The translations under genes were made by a program, and so were the position numbers. Source: an uncultured Armatimonadales bacterium (GTDB taxonomy: Bacteria > Armatimonadota > Armatimonadia > Armatimonadales > Capsulimonadaceae). From it: DNA of 64,000 nucleotides. This document shows positions 45,683 through 55,154 of this stretch, piece by piece (the stretch's first letter is position 1; each line of letters opens with the position of its first letter). Under the pieces are notes generated by a model. The model did no database searches and was not told the origin of the DNA. It saw nothing but the letters and a program-made list of their open reading frames with translations. The DNA lies in NCBI GenBank assembly GCA_964241935.1, contig CAXSZN010000013.1, positions 5,133 to 69,132 on the forward strand, in the 5' to 3' direction.

Positions 45683-47167
45683 ATGAGCGTTATGCCACAA
45701 GCAAAAGACAAAAAGAAATACAAGACACTGATTGTTTGGCTGCGGCGGGACCTGCGGGTATCGGACAATGCGGCGCTGTCTGCCGCCTGCGCTCAGGCGG
45801 AGCAGGTGGTGCCGCTGTTTGTGTTTGACCCGGACATTTTGAGCCGTGAAGACACCGGCGCGGCGCGGGTGGCGTTCTTGATTGACGCGCTCGGCGTTTT
45901 AGACGCTAATCTTCAGAAGCGCGGCGGGCGGCTGATTGTGCGGCGGGGCAAGGTGCCGGAGCAGATTGTCAAAGCTGTCGAAGATTTCGGGGCGGACGGC
46001 GTGTTCCATCAGCGCGAATATGAGCCGTTCGGCGTCAAGCGCGACGAAGCCGTCGCGGCGGCGCTGAAAGAACAAGGTAAAGTGGTGGAGACGTTTGGCG
46101 GGCTGTCGCTGTTTGAGCCGCCGGAAGTCATGTCCAAAACGGGGACGCCTTACACAGTTTTCGGGCCGTACAAGCGCGAATGGTTCTCCCGGCCTGCCGA
46201 TGGCCCGGTGCGGGCGCCGTCGCATGTGCCGGTTCCTGAGAACGCCTACAGTGATGCGCTGCCGTCGGCGAAAGAGCTGAAGTTCCAGACCCCGCAGACA
46301 TTTGACTGCGGTGGGGAAGACGCGGCGCACGCGCTCTTGAAAGCGTTTTTGGCGAAAAAAATCAAAGAATATGACTCTGCTCGTGATATTCTCAGTGAAG
46401 ACGGGACTTCGCGGCTGTCGCGGCACCTGCATCTCGGCACGCTGTCGGCGCGGTTTGTGGTAGACGCTGTTCGCAGAGCCGGTTTAGATAAGCCGTCGGG
46501 CAGTCCAACCAGCGAGCAGAAGGCGGAGCATCAGCAGGAGCCGGAGCATAGCACGTTTCTGTCGGAGATCGCCTGGCATGATTTTTATTTGCAGATTTTG
46601 TACCACTTTCCCCATGTCGCCGAAGGGCCGTTCAAAAAGCAATTCGCCGGGCTTGAATGGGAAAACAATAAGACGCTGTTTGAGGCATGGAAAACGGGTC
46701 AAACGGGCTATCCTATCGTAGATGCCGCCATGCGGCAGATGAACTCGGAAGCGTGGATGCACAACCGGGGGCGGATGATCGTGGCGTCCTTTCTGACCAA
46801 AGACCTGCTGATTGACTGGCGCTGGGGCGAGAAATACTTTATGCAGCAGCTTGTGGACGGTGACCAGGCCGCAAACAACGGCGGCTGGCAGTGGGCGGCG
46901 GGAACCGGAAACGATGCCCAGCCGTTTTTCCGTATCTTTAATCCTACGAGCCAGGGCGAGAAGTTCGACCCGGACGGCGCGTATGTCAAGCGCTGGGTGC
47001 CGGAGCTTGCCCGTGTCCCGGCAAAGTTCATTCATGCGCCCTGGAAGCTGTCCGACGCCGAGCGGGCGCTGGCCTGCCCCGACTACCCGAAGCCGATTGT
47101 AGACCATGCCGTGCAGCGCGGACGCGCTTTAGAGATGTACGCGAAAGCCGCAAAAGAGAAACCATGA
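45683..47167 (+). CDS. phr: deoxyribodipyrimidine photolyase / cryptochrome family
   Basis: WLRRDLRVSDN, TGYPIVDAAMRQ and WMHNRGRMIVASFL. TATAAT at 45679-45684 sits 7 nt before the second ATG (45692), so a leaderless start there is possible. Confidence 0.85.
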   Translation: MSVMPQAKDKKKYKTLIVWLRRDLRVSDNAALSAACAQAEQVVPLFVFDPDILSREDTGAARVAFLIDALGVLDANLQKRGGRLIVRRGKVPEQIVKAVEDFGADGVFHQREYEPFGVKRDEAVAAALKEQGKVVETFGGLSLFEPPEVMSKTGTPYTVFGPYKREWFSRPADGPVRAPSHVPVPENAYSDALPSAKELKFQTPQTFDCGGEDAAHALLKAFLAKKIKEYDSARDILSEDGTSRLSRHLHLGTLSARFVVDAVRRAGLDKPSGSPTSEQKAEHQQEPEHSTFLSEIAWHDFYLQILYHFPHVAEGPFKKQFAGLEWENNKTLFEAWKTGQTGYPIVDAAMRQMNSEAWMHNRGRMIVASFLTKDLLIDWRWGEKYFMQQLVDGDQAANNGGWQWAAGTGNDAQPFFRIFNPTSQGEKFDPDGAYVKRWVPELARVPAKFIHAPWKLSDAERALACPDYPKPIVDHAVQRGRALEMYAKAAKEKP

Positions 47168-47214
47168 AAAAAGCCATGAAAACACAGCAGCAGGCGCGTG
47201 GCAATGAATGGCAT

Positions 47215-47380
47215 AAGAACGAAGAACGTGGGATTGAAATCCTGCGCTGTGGGGCGAAGCGCCTACCGTCCACCTTCGTGGACGAAGAACAAGGCAGCAA
47301 TACAAGCATAATCTTTGTCCGCGAAGGCGGACATCGGGCGTCTGCGCCCCACAGCGCAGGATTTCAATCCCACGCTTCTT
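47215..47380. repeat. MITE-like element, family F
   Basis: AAGAACGAAGAACGTGGGATTGAAATCCTGCGCTGTGGGGCG (47215-47256) pairs with CGCCCCACAGCGCAGGATTTCAATCCCACGCTTCTT (47345-47380). Confidence 0.8.
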
Positions 47381-47445
47381 ATTCTCACGCTTCTTATTCT
47401 CACGCTTCTTATTCCCACGCTTCTTATTCCCATGCTTCCTGTTAC
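47371..47445. repeat. 15-bp tandem repeat x5 (cacgcttcttattct)
   Basis: Five units, the last degenerate, continuing from the right arm of the family F element. In the 47164 frame they would encode HASYS x5. Confidence 0.9.
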
Positions 47446-47460
47446 GCTCTCGCGCTGCTG

Positions 47461-48168
47461 ATGCTCTGCTTGGTTTTCGTGTTCGGCTTGCCAGGCTACG
47501 CACAAACATCTGCGCCGCCGGTCACGATCAGCGGGCCGCCGGATGTGCTGGTAATTGTGTACCAGCAGCCGGGCGGCGCGGACCCGGTAGACATCACCTA
47601 TGCCGGCGCGGTTCCTCATGCCCAGGCGCTGCGGGACTACCAGGCGCTGACCCAGGCAGCGGGCTGGCCGGTCAGCACACACAGCATTAAAGACGCTTCC
47701 GCGCCTATGCAAAGCCATTCCGGCCCGATGACAAGCATTGTGTTTCAAGCGCTTGGGGTGGTTCAGGACGCAACCCACACGTTCCCGATCCAGACGTTCG
47801 CCCAGGCATTCCGCGCTTACAAGCGGATCAACGTCGTTTTCTTTGCCGGCCCGCAGTTCCAGTTCCAGGGACCGCGCTTTTATGCCGACACTGACATTCG
47901 GATGACTCTGGACCAGCAGGGCACGACGTATGTGTATGCACTCCAGATATTAAACTCCCAGATGACCGGCCTGCCGCCGCTGGGAACCGTGCCGCCGGCA
48001 GTCACCGCCGGGCACCGCTCGATTGGACTGCTGCTGCTGGGCATCCTCAGTGCGGCGGCGCTCGCCGGTCTCGCGGTTTACTGGCTGACCGCGCGTCTCA
48101 CTCCCAAGACGCTGCCGGAAGACGACAGCGTCGGCACCGACAGCCGGATCGAAGTCGGAACAAAATAG
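47461..48168 (+). CDS. hypothetical exported protein with a C-terminal TM anchor (start uncertain)
   Basis: MLCLVFVFGLPGYAQ is a signal-like N-terminus, and SIGLLLLGILSAAALAGLAVYWL is a C-terminal TM segment. The ORF-track start at 47164 reads through the MITE and the 15-bp repeats. Confidence 0.5.
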   Translation: MLCLVFVFGLPGYAQTSAPPVTISGPPDVLVIVYQQPGGADPVDITYAGAVPHAQALRDYQALTQAAGWPVSTHSIKDASAPMQSHSGPMTSIVFQALGVVQDATHTFPIQTFAQAFRAYKRINVVFFAGPQFQFQGPRFYADTDIRMTLDQQGTTYVYALQILNSQMTGLPPLGTVPPAVTAGHRSIGLLLLGILSAAALAGLAVYWLTARLTPKTLPEDDSVGTDSRIEVGTK

Positions 48169-48252
48169 AAGTCGGAACAAAATAGAAGCCGGAACAAAAC
48201 AGAAGCCGGAACAAAACAGAAGCCGGAACGAACTAGAAGTCGAAATAAAAAG
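48151..48252. repeat. 17-bp tandem repeat x6 (gaagYcggaacaaaaYa), each unit with a GGA
   Basis: Units start at 48151, 48168, 48185, 48202, 48219 and 48236. The array ends 8 nt before the pilT ATG, and the first unit overlaps the upstream stop codon. Confidence 0.9.
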
Positions 48253-48260
48253 GTAACCCT

Positions 48261-49322
48261 ATGCAGGAAATCCATGAACTCTTGAAAGTTGCCGCGGCGC
48301 AGAAAGCATCGGACGTCTTTATCAAAGCGAACTCGCCGCCTGCCATGCGGATCAGCGGGCGCATTCACATGACCGATGCGCCGCCGCTCTCGGAAGACGA
48401 CTGCCGCAATCTCGCGTACAGCATTATGAGCCACGAGCAGATCGGGCGCTTTGAGCACCGGCATGAGCTGGACCTGGCGTTTGAAGTGCCGGGCGTCTGC
48501 CGCATCCGCTGCAATGTTTACCAGCAGCGCGGCTCGATGGGCATGGTTTTGAGGCTGATTCCGCTGAAGATCTTTTCGCTGGAGCAGCTTGGGATGCCGC
48601 CGGTCTTGTCGGAGCTGACCAAGTCGCGCCAGGGCCTGATTTTGGTGACCGGGCCGACAGGTTCGGGCAAGTCCACCACAATGGCGGCGATGATTGATTT
48701 GATCAACTCGACGCGGCCTGCAAATATCATCACTTGCGAAGACCCGATTGAGTTCATGCACCCGGACAAAAAGTCCATTGTCTCTCAGCGCGAAATCGGC
48801 CTGGATACGGACTCGTTCGCCGACGCGCTGAAGTACATGATGCGCCAGAACCCGGACGTGCTGCTGATTGGAGAAATGCGCGACATTGAGACCATGAGTG
48901 TCGGCCTCGCCGCCGCCGAAACCGGCCACTTGGTCTTTTCTACTCTGCACACAGCGTCTGCGGCGGAAACTTTAGACCGTATCATCAACATGTACCCGCC
49001 CCAAGACCGGGACATGGTCTGCCTGCGGCTGGCCGGGTCCCTGCGCGGGGTTATCTCCCAAAAGCTGCCGCCGCGCGTGGACGGCACGGGCCGGGTCGGC
49101 GCGGTCGAGATCATGGTAGTCACTCCGACTGTCTCCAAGCTGATTGAAGAAGGCCGGGCATCCCAGCTTTACGGGGCCATTGCCGAAGGCAACTTCTGGG
49201 GAATGCAGACCATGAACCAGTGCCTCATCAAGTATGTCCGCGCGGGGTTAATTGCCGAAGAAGAAGCCCTGGCAAACGCCGGCAACGTCACCGAAATGAA
49301 ACAGATGCTCCGCCGGCCTTAA
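48261..49322 (+). CDS. pilT: type IV pilus retraction ATPase PilT
   Basis: GPTGSGKSTT Walker A, DVLLIGEMRD Walker B, TGHLVFSTLHT, and the PilT-typical length of 353 aa. Confidence 0.9.
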   Translation: MQEIHELLKVAAAQKASDVFIKANSPPAMRISGRIHMTDAPPLSEDDCRNLAYSIMSHEQIGRFEHRHELDLAFEVPGVCRIRCNVYQQRGSMGMVLRLIPLKIFSLEQLGMPPVLSELTKSRQGLILVTGPTGSGKSTTMAAMIDLINSTRPANIITCEDPIEFMHPDKKSIVSQREIGLDTDSFADALKYMMRQNPDVLLIGEMRDIETMSVGLAAAETGHLVFSTLHTASAAETLDRIINMYPPQDRDMVCLRLAGSLRGVISQKLPPRVDGTGRVGAVEIMVVTPTVSKLIEEGRASQLYGAIAEGNFWGMQTMNQCLIKYVRAGLIAEEEALANAGNVTEMKQMLRRP

Positions 49323-49339
49323 CAGTACAGGATTAGAGT

Positions 49340-49451
49340 CCCCCCGGCCCCCAATAATGGGGGAGCATGAGAAAAAAGCAACCCGTAGGGGCGTTGCTTG
49401 CTGCGCCTTCTGCTCTTAACTCTGGCTCCCCCATTATTGGGGGCCGGGGGG
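49340..49451. repeat. palindromic element, family A copy 4
   Basis: CCCCCCGGCCCCCAATAATGGGGGAGC ... GCTCCCCCATTATTGGGGGCCGGGGGG, with a different internal module. Confidence 0.85.
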
Positions 49452-49492
49452 CTTCTGCTCCGCGCTTCCACCACCCGACGACAGGACCAACC

Positions 49493-51572
49493 ATGCCCAC
49501 TCACACATTCACACGCCGCGTCGCTATTCTTGCCCTGCTCCTCGCACTGACAACAACTTGCAGCCTCTGCCGCGCTCAAGCCGACCCGCCGAAGCCGTTT
49601 CTGCACCCGCTGTTTACCGACAACATGGTCTTGCAGCGCGGTATGGCCGACCCCATTTGGGGCTGGACAGTACCAGGGCAAGCCGTGGATGTCAGTTTTC
49701 ATGGCACAACCACGCGGGCAATTGCGGGACCAGATGGCAGATGGACGGCAAAGATTGGCCCCTTCAAGGCAGGCGGCCCTTACACATTGAGTGTTGCTGG
49801 TCCCCGTAGAATGGATGTAGAGGAGCTGGTGCCGCTGCCACTTCCAGTGCCGAATGTGAAAGCGAACGCGATTACGCTCAAAAATGTCATGGTGGGGGAT
49901 GTGTGGCTTTGCTCGGGGCAGTCGAATATGGAGTTTGGGGTCGGCAACTTGGCGCAGCCCGACCAGACAATCGCGGGGGCGAATGCGCCGAATATCCGGC
50001 TGTTTACGGTGCCGAAAAACATGGCGGCGAGTCCGCAGGAGACGCTCGCGGGCGGTCAGTGGCAAGCCTGTACGCCCGAGACGATCAAAAGCCAGGGAAC
50101 GTGGAACGGCTTCAGCGCCGTGGCCTACTTCTTTGGGCGCGACTTGCAGCAAAACACGCATGTTCCCATCGGCCTGCTGCTGTCGTCGTGGGGCGGAACC
50201 CCTGCCGAAGCCTGGACTTCGGAAGCCGCGCTGAAGAAGAATGTCCCCGAGTTTGATCCGCAGCTTGCCCAGCTTGATGCTTCCCGCGACCCCGGCACTG
50301 CCGAGACTCAGGCCGAGCGCTTCGCCGCCTGGTATGCGAAGAATGATCCCGGCACACTGGCAGAACCCGGACTTCAACGATGCCGCCTGGAACGCGCTGC
50401 CGCAGCCGGGCTTCTTTCAACTCGCCGGCGATCCCGCCCTGGCCGGCGTCAACGGCGTGGTCTGGTACCGACGTACATTTGACCTGCCTGCCGCAGATGC
50501 CGGCAAGGCCGCCGTGCTGCATCTGCTGGCGGACGACAACGATACCACCTGGGTCAACGGCGTCCAGGTCGGCGCAACGGAAGGCTACAAAGTTCCCCGT
50601 GCCTATCCCGTTCCTGCAAGCCTGCTGAAGCCTGCCGGGAATGTCGTGGCCGTGCGGCTGCTGGACACCGGCGGCAACGGCGGGCTTTATGACGATCCGG
50701 CGATAAATCCGGCAGGCTTAAGCTTGGAAGTGCCCGGCGGCCAGAACCTGCCGCTGGCCGGACCCTGGCGCGTCCATTTGGGCGTCTCGCTGACGGCGGC
50801 CTCCCCGCTGCCGGTTTCGCCGGAAAACAACCCGAACTTGCCGTCGGTTTTGTACAACGGCCTGATTAGCCCTCTTGCCACGTTTGGCATCAAAGGCACG
50901 ATCTGGTATCAAGGGGAGACCAACGAAGGACGCGACGCCCAGTACCGGCGTCTGCTGCCGGCTCTGATTTCCGACTGGCGTCAAGCGTGGGGCGAGGGCA
51001 GCTTCCCGTTTTTGATCGTCCAGCTTGCCGGGTGGCAGCCGGCCGGGGAAAGTCTGGCCAAGCTGCGGGACGCCCAGTGGCAGACCGCGCGGACGGTTCC
51101 AAGCGCGGGCATCGCGACGGCGATTGACGTCGGCGATCCCAGCGACATTCACCCAAAGAACAAGCAGGAAGTGGGCAGGCGCCTGGCGCTCGTGGCGGAA
51201 GCGAAAGCCTACGGCGAAAAAGTGGCTTACTCCGGACCGATTTACCAAAACATGACCGTGAACGGCTCGGCGGCAACGCTGACGTTCACCCATCTTGAGG
51301 GTGGCCTGCTTTCGAAATCCGGTCCGGCCCTGACGGGGTTTGAGGTCGCCGGCCCAGACGGCAAGTTCGTTCCGGCGGACGCCAAGATTGTGGGAAATAC
51401 AGTTGTCGTCTCGTCACCCGGTGTACCAAGTCCGATTTCTGTTCGCTACGCCTGGTCGGGCTATCCGTCATGCAGCCTCTACAATGGGGCAGGATTGCCC
51501 GCGCTGCCGTTTGACACAAGCAGCGATGGCACCACGCGCACGGAGTTCAATGTTGGACCCGGCACCTTTTGA
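49493..51572 (+). pseudogene. sialate O-acetylesterase (SGNH/SASA family) split by a frameshift near 50345-50365
   Basis: The N-terminal half (signal peptide, CSGQSNM) is in the 49367 frame. The C-terminal half (NPDFNDAAWNALP.., WYQGETNE) is in the 50241 frame. Homologs as I recall them are single polypeptides. Confidence 0.7.
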
Positions 51573-51592
51573 GCCGGGTTCTTCCGCCAGCT

Positions 51593-51802
51593 TCACTGAA
51601 CAGCCGGCGGCTCGGTTTGTGCGAGCTGGCGCTCCAGCACGACTTCCTTGCGCTGTACCGGAATTTCATTCGGCGCAAAGACGCCGACGATCACCTGGTC
51701 GCCGACAACTTCCAGGATTTCGATTTCGATCACGTCCAGACCTTCCCCGATCTGAATGATCGAGCTGCTTCCGTCGTGCGGGCGGCGATTGAAAAGATGC
51801 AT
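51593..51802 (-). CDS. csrA: carbon storage regulator CsrA
   Basis: ..IIQIGEGLDVIEIEILEVVGDQVIVGVFAPNEIPVQRKEV aligns with the CsrA consensus (..GIDAPKEVSVHREEIY). Confidence 0.8.
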   Translation of the reverse strand: MHLFNRRPHDGSSSIIQIGEGLDVIEIEILEVVGDQVIVGVFAPNEIPVQRKEVVLERQLAQTEPPAVQ

Positions 51803-51852
51803 GACTACCCTTCACGCTGACGAGAATAGACCTTGCAGCGGTATTGTTGCCT

Positions 51853-51871
51853 ATGCACAATTCATGCCAAG
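51853..51871 (-). promoter_or_regulatory. sigma-54-like -24/-12 element (CTTGGCATGAATTGTGCAT) upstream of csrA
   Basis: TGGCAT-N5-GTGCA with canonical GG/GC spacing, about 50 nt upstream of the csrA ATG. It is near-identical to 11830-11848. Confidence 0.45.
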
Positions 51872-51992
51872 TAGACATACGGGGAAGAAAAAGTTTCAGG
51901 CAAGCGTTTAAAGCACCGGCAGCGGCGTTTAATCCGGGGTGCTGTGCGGCAATAACGCCCTAACATGCGCTGATGCAGCAAGGAAAAACTCC

Positions 51993-52865
51993 ATGACCGA
52001 TAAACCGGCCCGGCCCACAACCGCCGACATTCCCGCCCAGACAATCCCTTATCCCGGCAAGCAAAGCGACATGAAGCTCCCGCCGCAGACGGATTTGGTC
52101 GGCTACAAGCCTGCCGGGAAGCTGCTGGGCAAGAAAGCGATCATCACCGGCGCAGACTCCGGCATCGGCCGGGCCGTCGCGCTGGCATTCGCTCTGGAAG
52201 GCGCAGACGTCGCGATTGTCTACAATGAAAACGACGGCGACGCGGAAGAAACGCGGGCGAAAGTGGAAGAAACCGGCCGCCGCTGCCTGGTGCTGAAAGC
52301 CGATGTCCGCGACTCGGTGGCGTGCCATGCGGCAGTCGCGCAGGCAGTAAGCGAGCTGGGCGGGCTGAACATTCTAGTCAACGATGCGGCGTATCAGGCC
52401 GTGCAGCCTTCTTTGGAAGACATCAGCGAAGAGCAGTTCCGGCGGACGTTCGAGACGAATATCTTCGGCTACTTTTACATGGCAAAAGCGGTCCTGCCGC
52501 ACCTGACCAAAGGCGACACAATTGTCAACACCGGCAGCATTGTCGGCCTAGTCGGCGAAAAGCATTTGATTGACTACTGCGCCAGCAAAGGGGCCATCCA
52601 TGCGTTCACTAAAGCTTTGGCGCTGAATTTGGGACCGAAAGACATCCGGGTCAACTGCGTCTGCCCTGGCCCGGTCTGGACCCCGAACATTCCCGGCACG
52701 ATGCTTTTAGAAGACGTGAAGACCTTCGGCGGCGAAGTGGCGCTGGCGCGTCCGGGCCAGCCCGATGAGCTGGCTCCGATTTATGTTTTTCTCGCCTCCG
52801 ACGATGCCAGCTTTATGACCGGCGCATTGGTCGAAGTCACCGGCGGCAAGATGTCCAGCAGCTAA
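51993..52865 (+). CDS. SDR family oxidoreductase (YhdF/general-stress-type)
   Basis: IITGADSGIGRA, NDAA and YCASK motifs. Start chosen at MTDKPARP. Confidence 0.8.
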   Translation: MTDKPARPTTADIPAQTIPYPGKQSDMKLPPQTDLVGYKPAGKLLGKKAIITGADSGIGRAVALAFALEGADVAIVYNENDGDAEETRAKVEETGRRCLVLKADVRDSVACHAAVAQAVSELGGLNILVNDAAYQAVQPSLEDISEEQFRRTFETNIFGYFYMAKAVLPHLTKGDTIVNTGSIVGLVGEKHLIDYCASKGAIHAFTKALALNLGPKDIRVNCVCPGPVWTPNIPGTMLLEDVKTFGGEVALARPGQPDELAPIYVFLASDDASFMTGALVEVTGGKMSSS

Positions 52866-53010
52866 GTAACGTGTCAAAATTTTTTGCGGGCGACTCAAGT
52901 CGCGGCAGCCAGTGCGCCAAACCTGCCTTCGCAGGTTCAGAAAGACTCTCAGAGAGACTCTCCGAAAAACTCTCAGAGGAATGACGAGGCTGCGAAGGCA
53001 GACTTAGTGC

Positions 53011-53068
53011 CGCGAAGCGGTACTTCGTGGCGTCCGCGCTATGTAGCCATGTGCTTCAGCACGTGGTT
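53011..53068. repeat. repeat module shared with the family E element (15151-15198)
   Basis: cgcgaagcggtacttcgtggcgtccgcgctatgtagccatgtgcttcagcacgtgg compares with gcagaagcggtacttcgtggcgtctgcgccgtatagccgtgcgttttaacgcatgg. It is embedded in a hairpin-rich spacer at 52880-53110. Confidence 0.7.
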
Positions 53069-53127
53069 TCCAGAACAAACGCATTTGTGCAGCAACGCCG
53101 TATCAGGTTAAAATTGCCGGGCCGGCG

Positions 53128-53661
53128 CTAGGAAGTGTGCTGGCCCAGGGCGTAGCGGGCCAGCAGGGCATCAATGAGGATTGCCGTCCACAGATCATGC
53201 TCTTCAGAGTCGGAAAACTCGAAGCGCAGGCCCGCCGCGCCGGTTTTAACGTCGCGCCACATCAGGTCTCCCAGCGTCAGCACCGCCGGGCCGGAGACGC
53301 CGCGCAGGCGCACCGGCGCCGGGCCGTCCAGCCAGGCGGGAACGGCAGCGAGCCGGACACCGCCAATTCCCAGATCGCTCGTTGAAGCCGGCTGCCAGGC
53401 GCTGCCGTCATGCATTTCTACCGTGACGCCTTCCGGGGCGGGCCAGCGCCGGAAGTCGCGCCGCCCGCCGCCGGCCGCTTCCTGCGATTTTGCGCCGGCA
53501 GGCTCAGCAAGCCGCAGACGCTCCAGCAGCAGCATGGCTTCGTCCTGCCGCCGCAGCGCCGCTTCAATGTCGCCTTCTTCAACACCGTCTTCTTCTTCCA
53601 TCTCAATATCGCCGATGGCATCGCGCAGTTCCCGCTCGCCCATGTCTTCGTAATCGCTCAT
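53128..53661 (-). CDS. PilZ domain (c-di-GMP receptor) protein with an acidic N-terminal region
   Basis: RRDFRR followed by DLGIGG matches the PilZ RxxxR / D-x-S-x-x-G signature. Confidence 0.65.
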   Translation of the reverse strand: MSDYEDMGERELRDAIGDIEMEEEDGVEEGDIEAALRRQDEAMLLLERLRLAEPAGAKSQEAAGGGRRDFRRWPAPEGVTVEMHDGSAWQPASTSDLGIGGVRLAAVPAWLDGPAPVRLRGVSGPAVLTLGDLMWRDVKTGAAGLRFEFSDSEEHDLWTAILIDALLARYALGQHTS

Positions 53662-53735
53662 TGTGTTGTCTCCTGTGAACGCTTTTTCCTGATAAGATTT
53701 GCAGGAACAAGGGTGCAGCGGGAAGAAACAAGGAA

Positions 53736-53841
53736 CGAGTAGTTGAAAACTACTCGCTAGGAAAAGTACCCTTCGGGTGCAGAAAAGATATAATTCGCGT
53801 CCGCAGGACGCCTCACCTAGCGAGTAGTTTTCAACTACTCG
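53736..53841. repeat. palindromic element, family B copy 3
   Basis: CGAGTAGTTGAAAACTACTCGCTAGG ... CCTAGCGAGTAGTTTTCAACTACTCG, with the core CGTCCGCAGGACG. Confidence 0.85.
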
Positions 53842-53867
53842 TTTCTTCCTTGCTCCCTCCTCGTTTC

Positions 53868-55154
53868 TTATCCTGCCTGCGGCACACTTTGCAGGGCCGC
53901 GATCATCCGGTCAATTTCTTCGGTTGTGTTGTAATGCGCCAGGCCGACCCGCACCGCGCCGCCGCTTCCTTCAAGGCCCAGCGCTTCCATGAGGCGCAGG
54001 GCATAGTAGTTGCCGCTCCAGACACAGATGCCGTAGGCCGCCAGATGTTCGGCTGTCTCACGCGGCGTGAGGCGCGGCCAGGTGAATGCGACAGTCGGCA
54101 GACGCTCGTCGAGACGTGCCAGGTCGGTGAGGCCGTAAATCGTAATGTCGGGGATGCTTTGCAGGCCGGTGACAAGATGCCGGGACAGCGTCTGCTCGTA
54201 GGCGCGAACCGCCGCCAGCGCCGTCTTTAGCGTCAGCCGCCGGCCCGTGTAGCCCTGCGCTGCGTACTCGGCATGAAACGGCAGGCCATTAAGCGTACCG
54301 ATATGTTCCAGATACACAATCGCCGCTGTGACGCCCGCGAGGCCTTCGTGGTTCAGCGTTCCCAGCTCCCATCGGTACGGAATGCTGTCTTTGGACGGCT
54401 TGACTTTGTGCGGCGTCAAGCGCCTCAGATGCTCCGCTTTGCCGTACAAAACTCCCATGTGCGGCCCGAAGAACTTGTACGGCGAACAGGCCAAAAAGTC
54501 ACAGTCCAGGGCTTGGACATCAATCGGGCCGTGCGGGGCGTACTGCACGGCGTCTACAAAGACCAGCGCCCCGAACTCATGCGCCATTTGAGTGATCTTG
54601 GCGACATCCGGCACCGTACCGACCGCGTTGGACGCATGAGTCACGGCAACCAGCTTTGTTCGGGGTGACAGCGCCGCTATGAGGCCGTCCATGTCTAAAG
54701 TCCCGTCTGCGAGATGCACGGGAACAACGCGGAGCTTCGCGCCGGCGGCTTCGAGGTCCACCCAGGGCGCGACATTAGCGTCATGGTCCAGCGCCGTCAC
54801 CACCACTTCGTCGCCAGGCTGGATCGTATCGGCAAGGGACCGCGCCAGGTGAAACGTCAGCGCCGTCATGCTCGGGCCAAAGACAATCGTTTCCGGCCCC
54901 GGCGCGTTCAGCAGGTCGGCCACCGACGCCCGCGCTTCGGCGACTACGGTGTCGGTTCGGCGGCTGGTTGCAAACGCCCCCCCGACATTGGCGTTGGCTA
55001 TTCTGTAATAGCTCGCCACTGCCTCAATTACTGGGTCAGGAACCTGCGTGCCGCCGGGATTATCAAAGAAGACCGCCGGGTTCCCATCCAGTGTCAGCGA
55101 GAACGACGGGAACTGGGCGCGAAGCGGGGCAGGGTCAAAGCAAAAGTCAATCAT
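53868..55154 (-). CDS. class V aminotransferase, cysteine desulfurase-like protein
   Basis: FFDNPGGTQVPDPVIEAV.., THASNAVG.., SPYKFFGPHMG (PLP-lysine region). Start chosen at MIDFCFDP. Confidence 0.75.
   Translation of the reverse strand: MIDFCFDPAPLRAQFPSFSLTLDGNPAVFFDNPGGTQVPDPVIEAVASYYRIANANVGGAFATSRRTDTVVAEARASVADLLNAPGPETIVFGPSMTALTFHLARSLADTIQPGDEVVVTALDHDANVAPWVDLEAAGAKLRVVPVHLADGTLDMDGLIAALSPRTKLVAVTHASNAVGTVPDVAKITQMAHEFGALVFVDAVQYAPHGPIDVQALDCDFLACSPYKFFGPHMGVLYGKAEHLRRLTPHKVKPSKDSIPYRWELGTLNHEGLAGVTAAIVYLEHIGTLNGLPFHAEYAAQGYTGRRLTLKTALAAVRAYEQTLSRHLVTGLQSIPDITIYGLTDLARLDERLPTVAFTWPRLTPRETAEHLAAYGICVWSGNYYALRLMEALGLEGSGGAVRVGLAHYNTTEEIDRMIAALQSVPQAG

Noticed and set aside
48151-48252. 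Possible CRISPR array (short direct repeats)
   Set aside because: The units are only 17 bp and directly abutting, with no spacers. There are no cas genes in the window. It is a plain tandem repeat.
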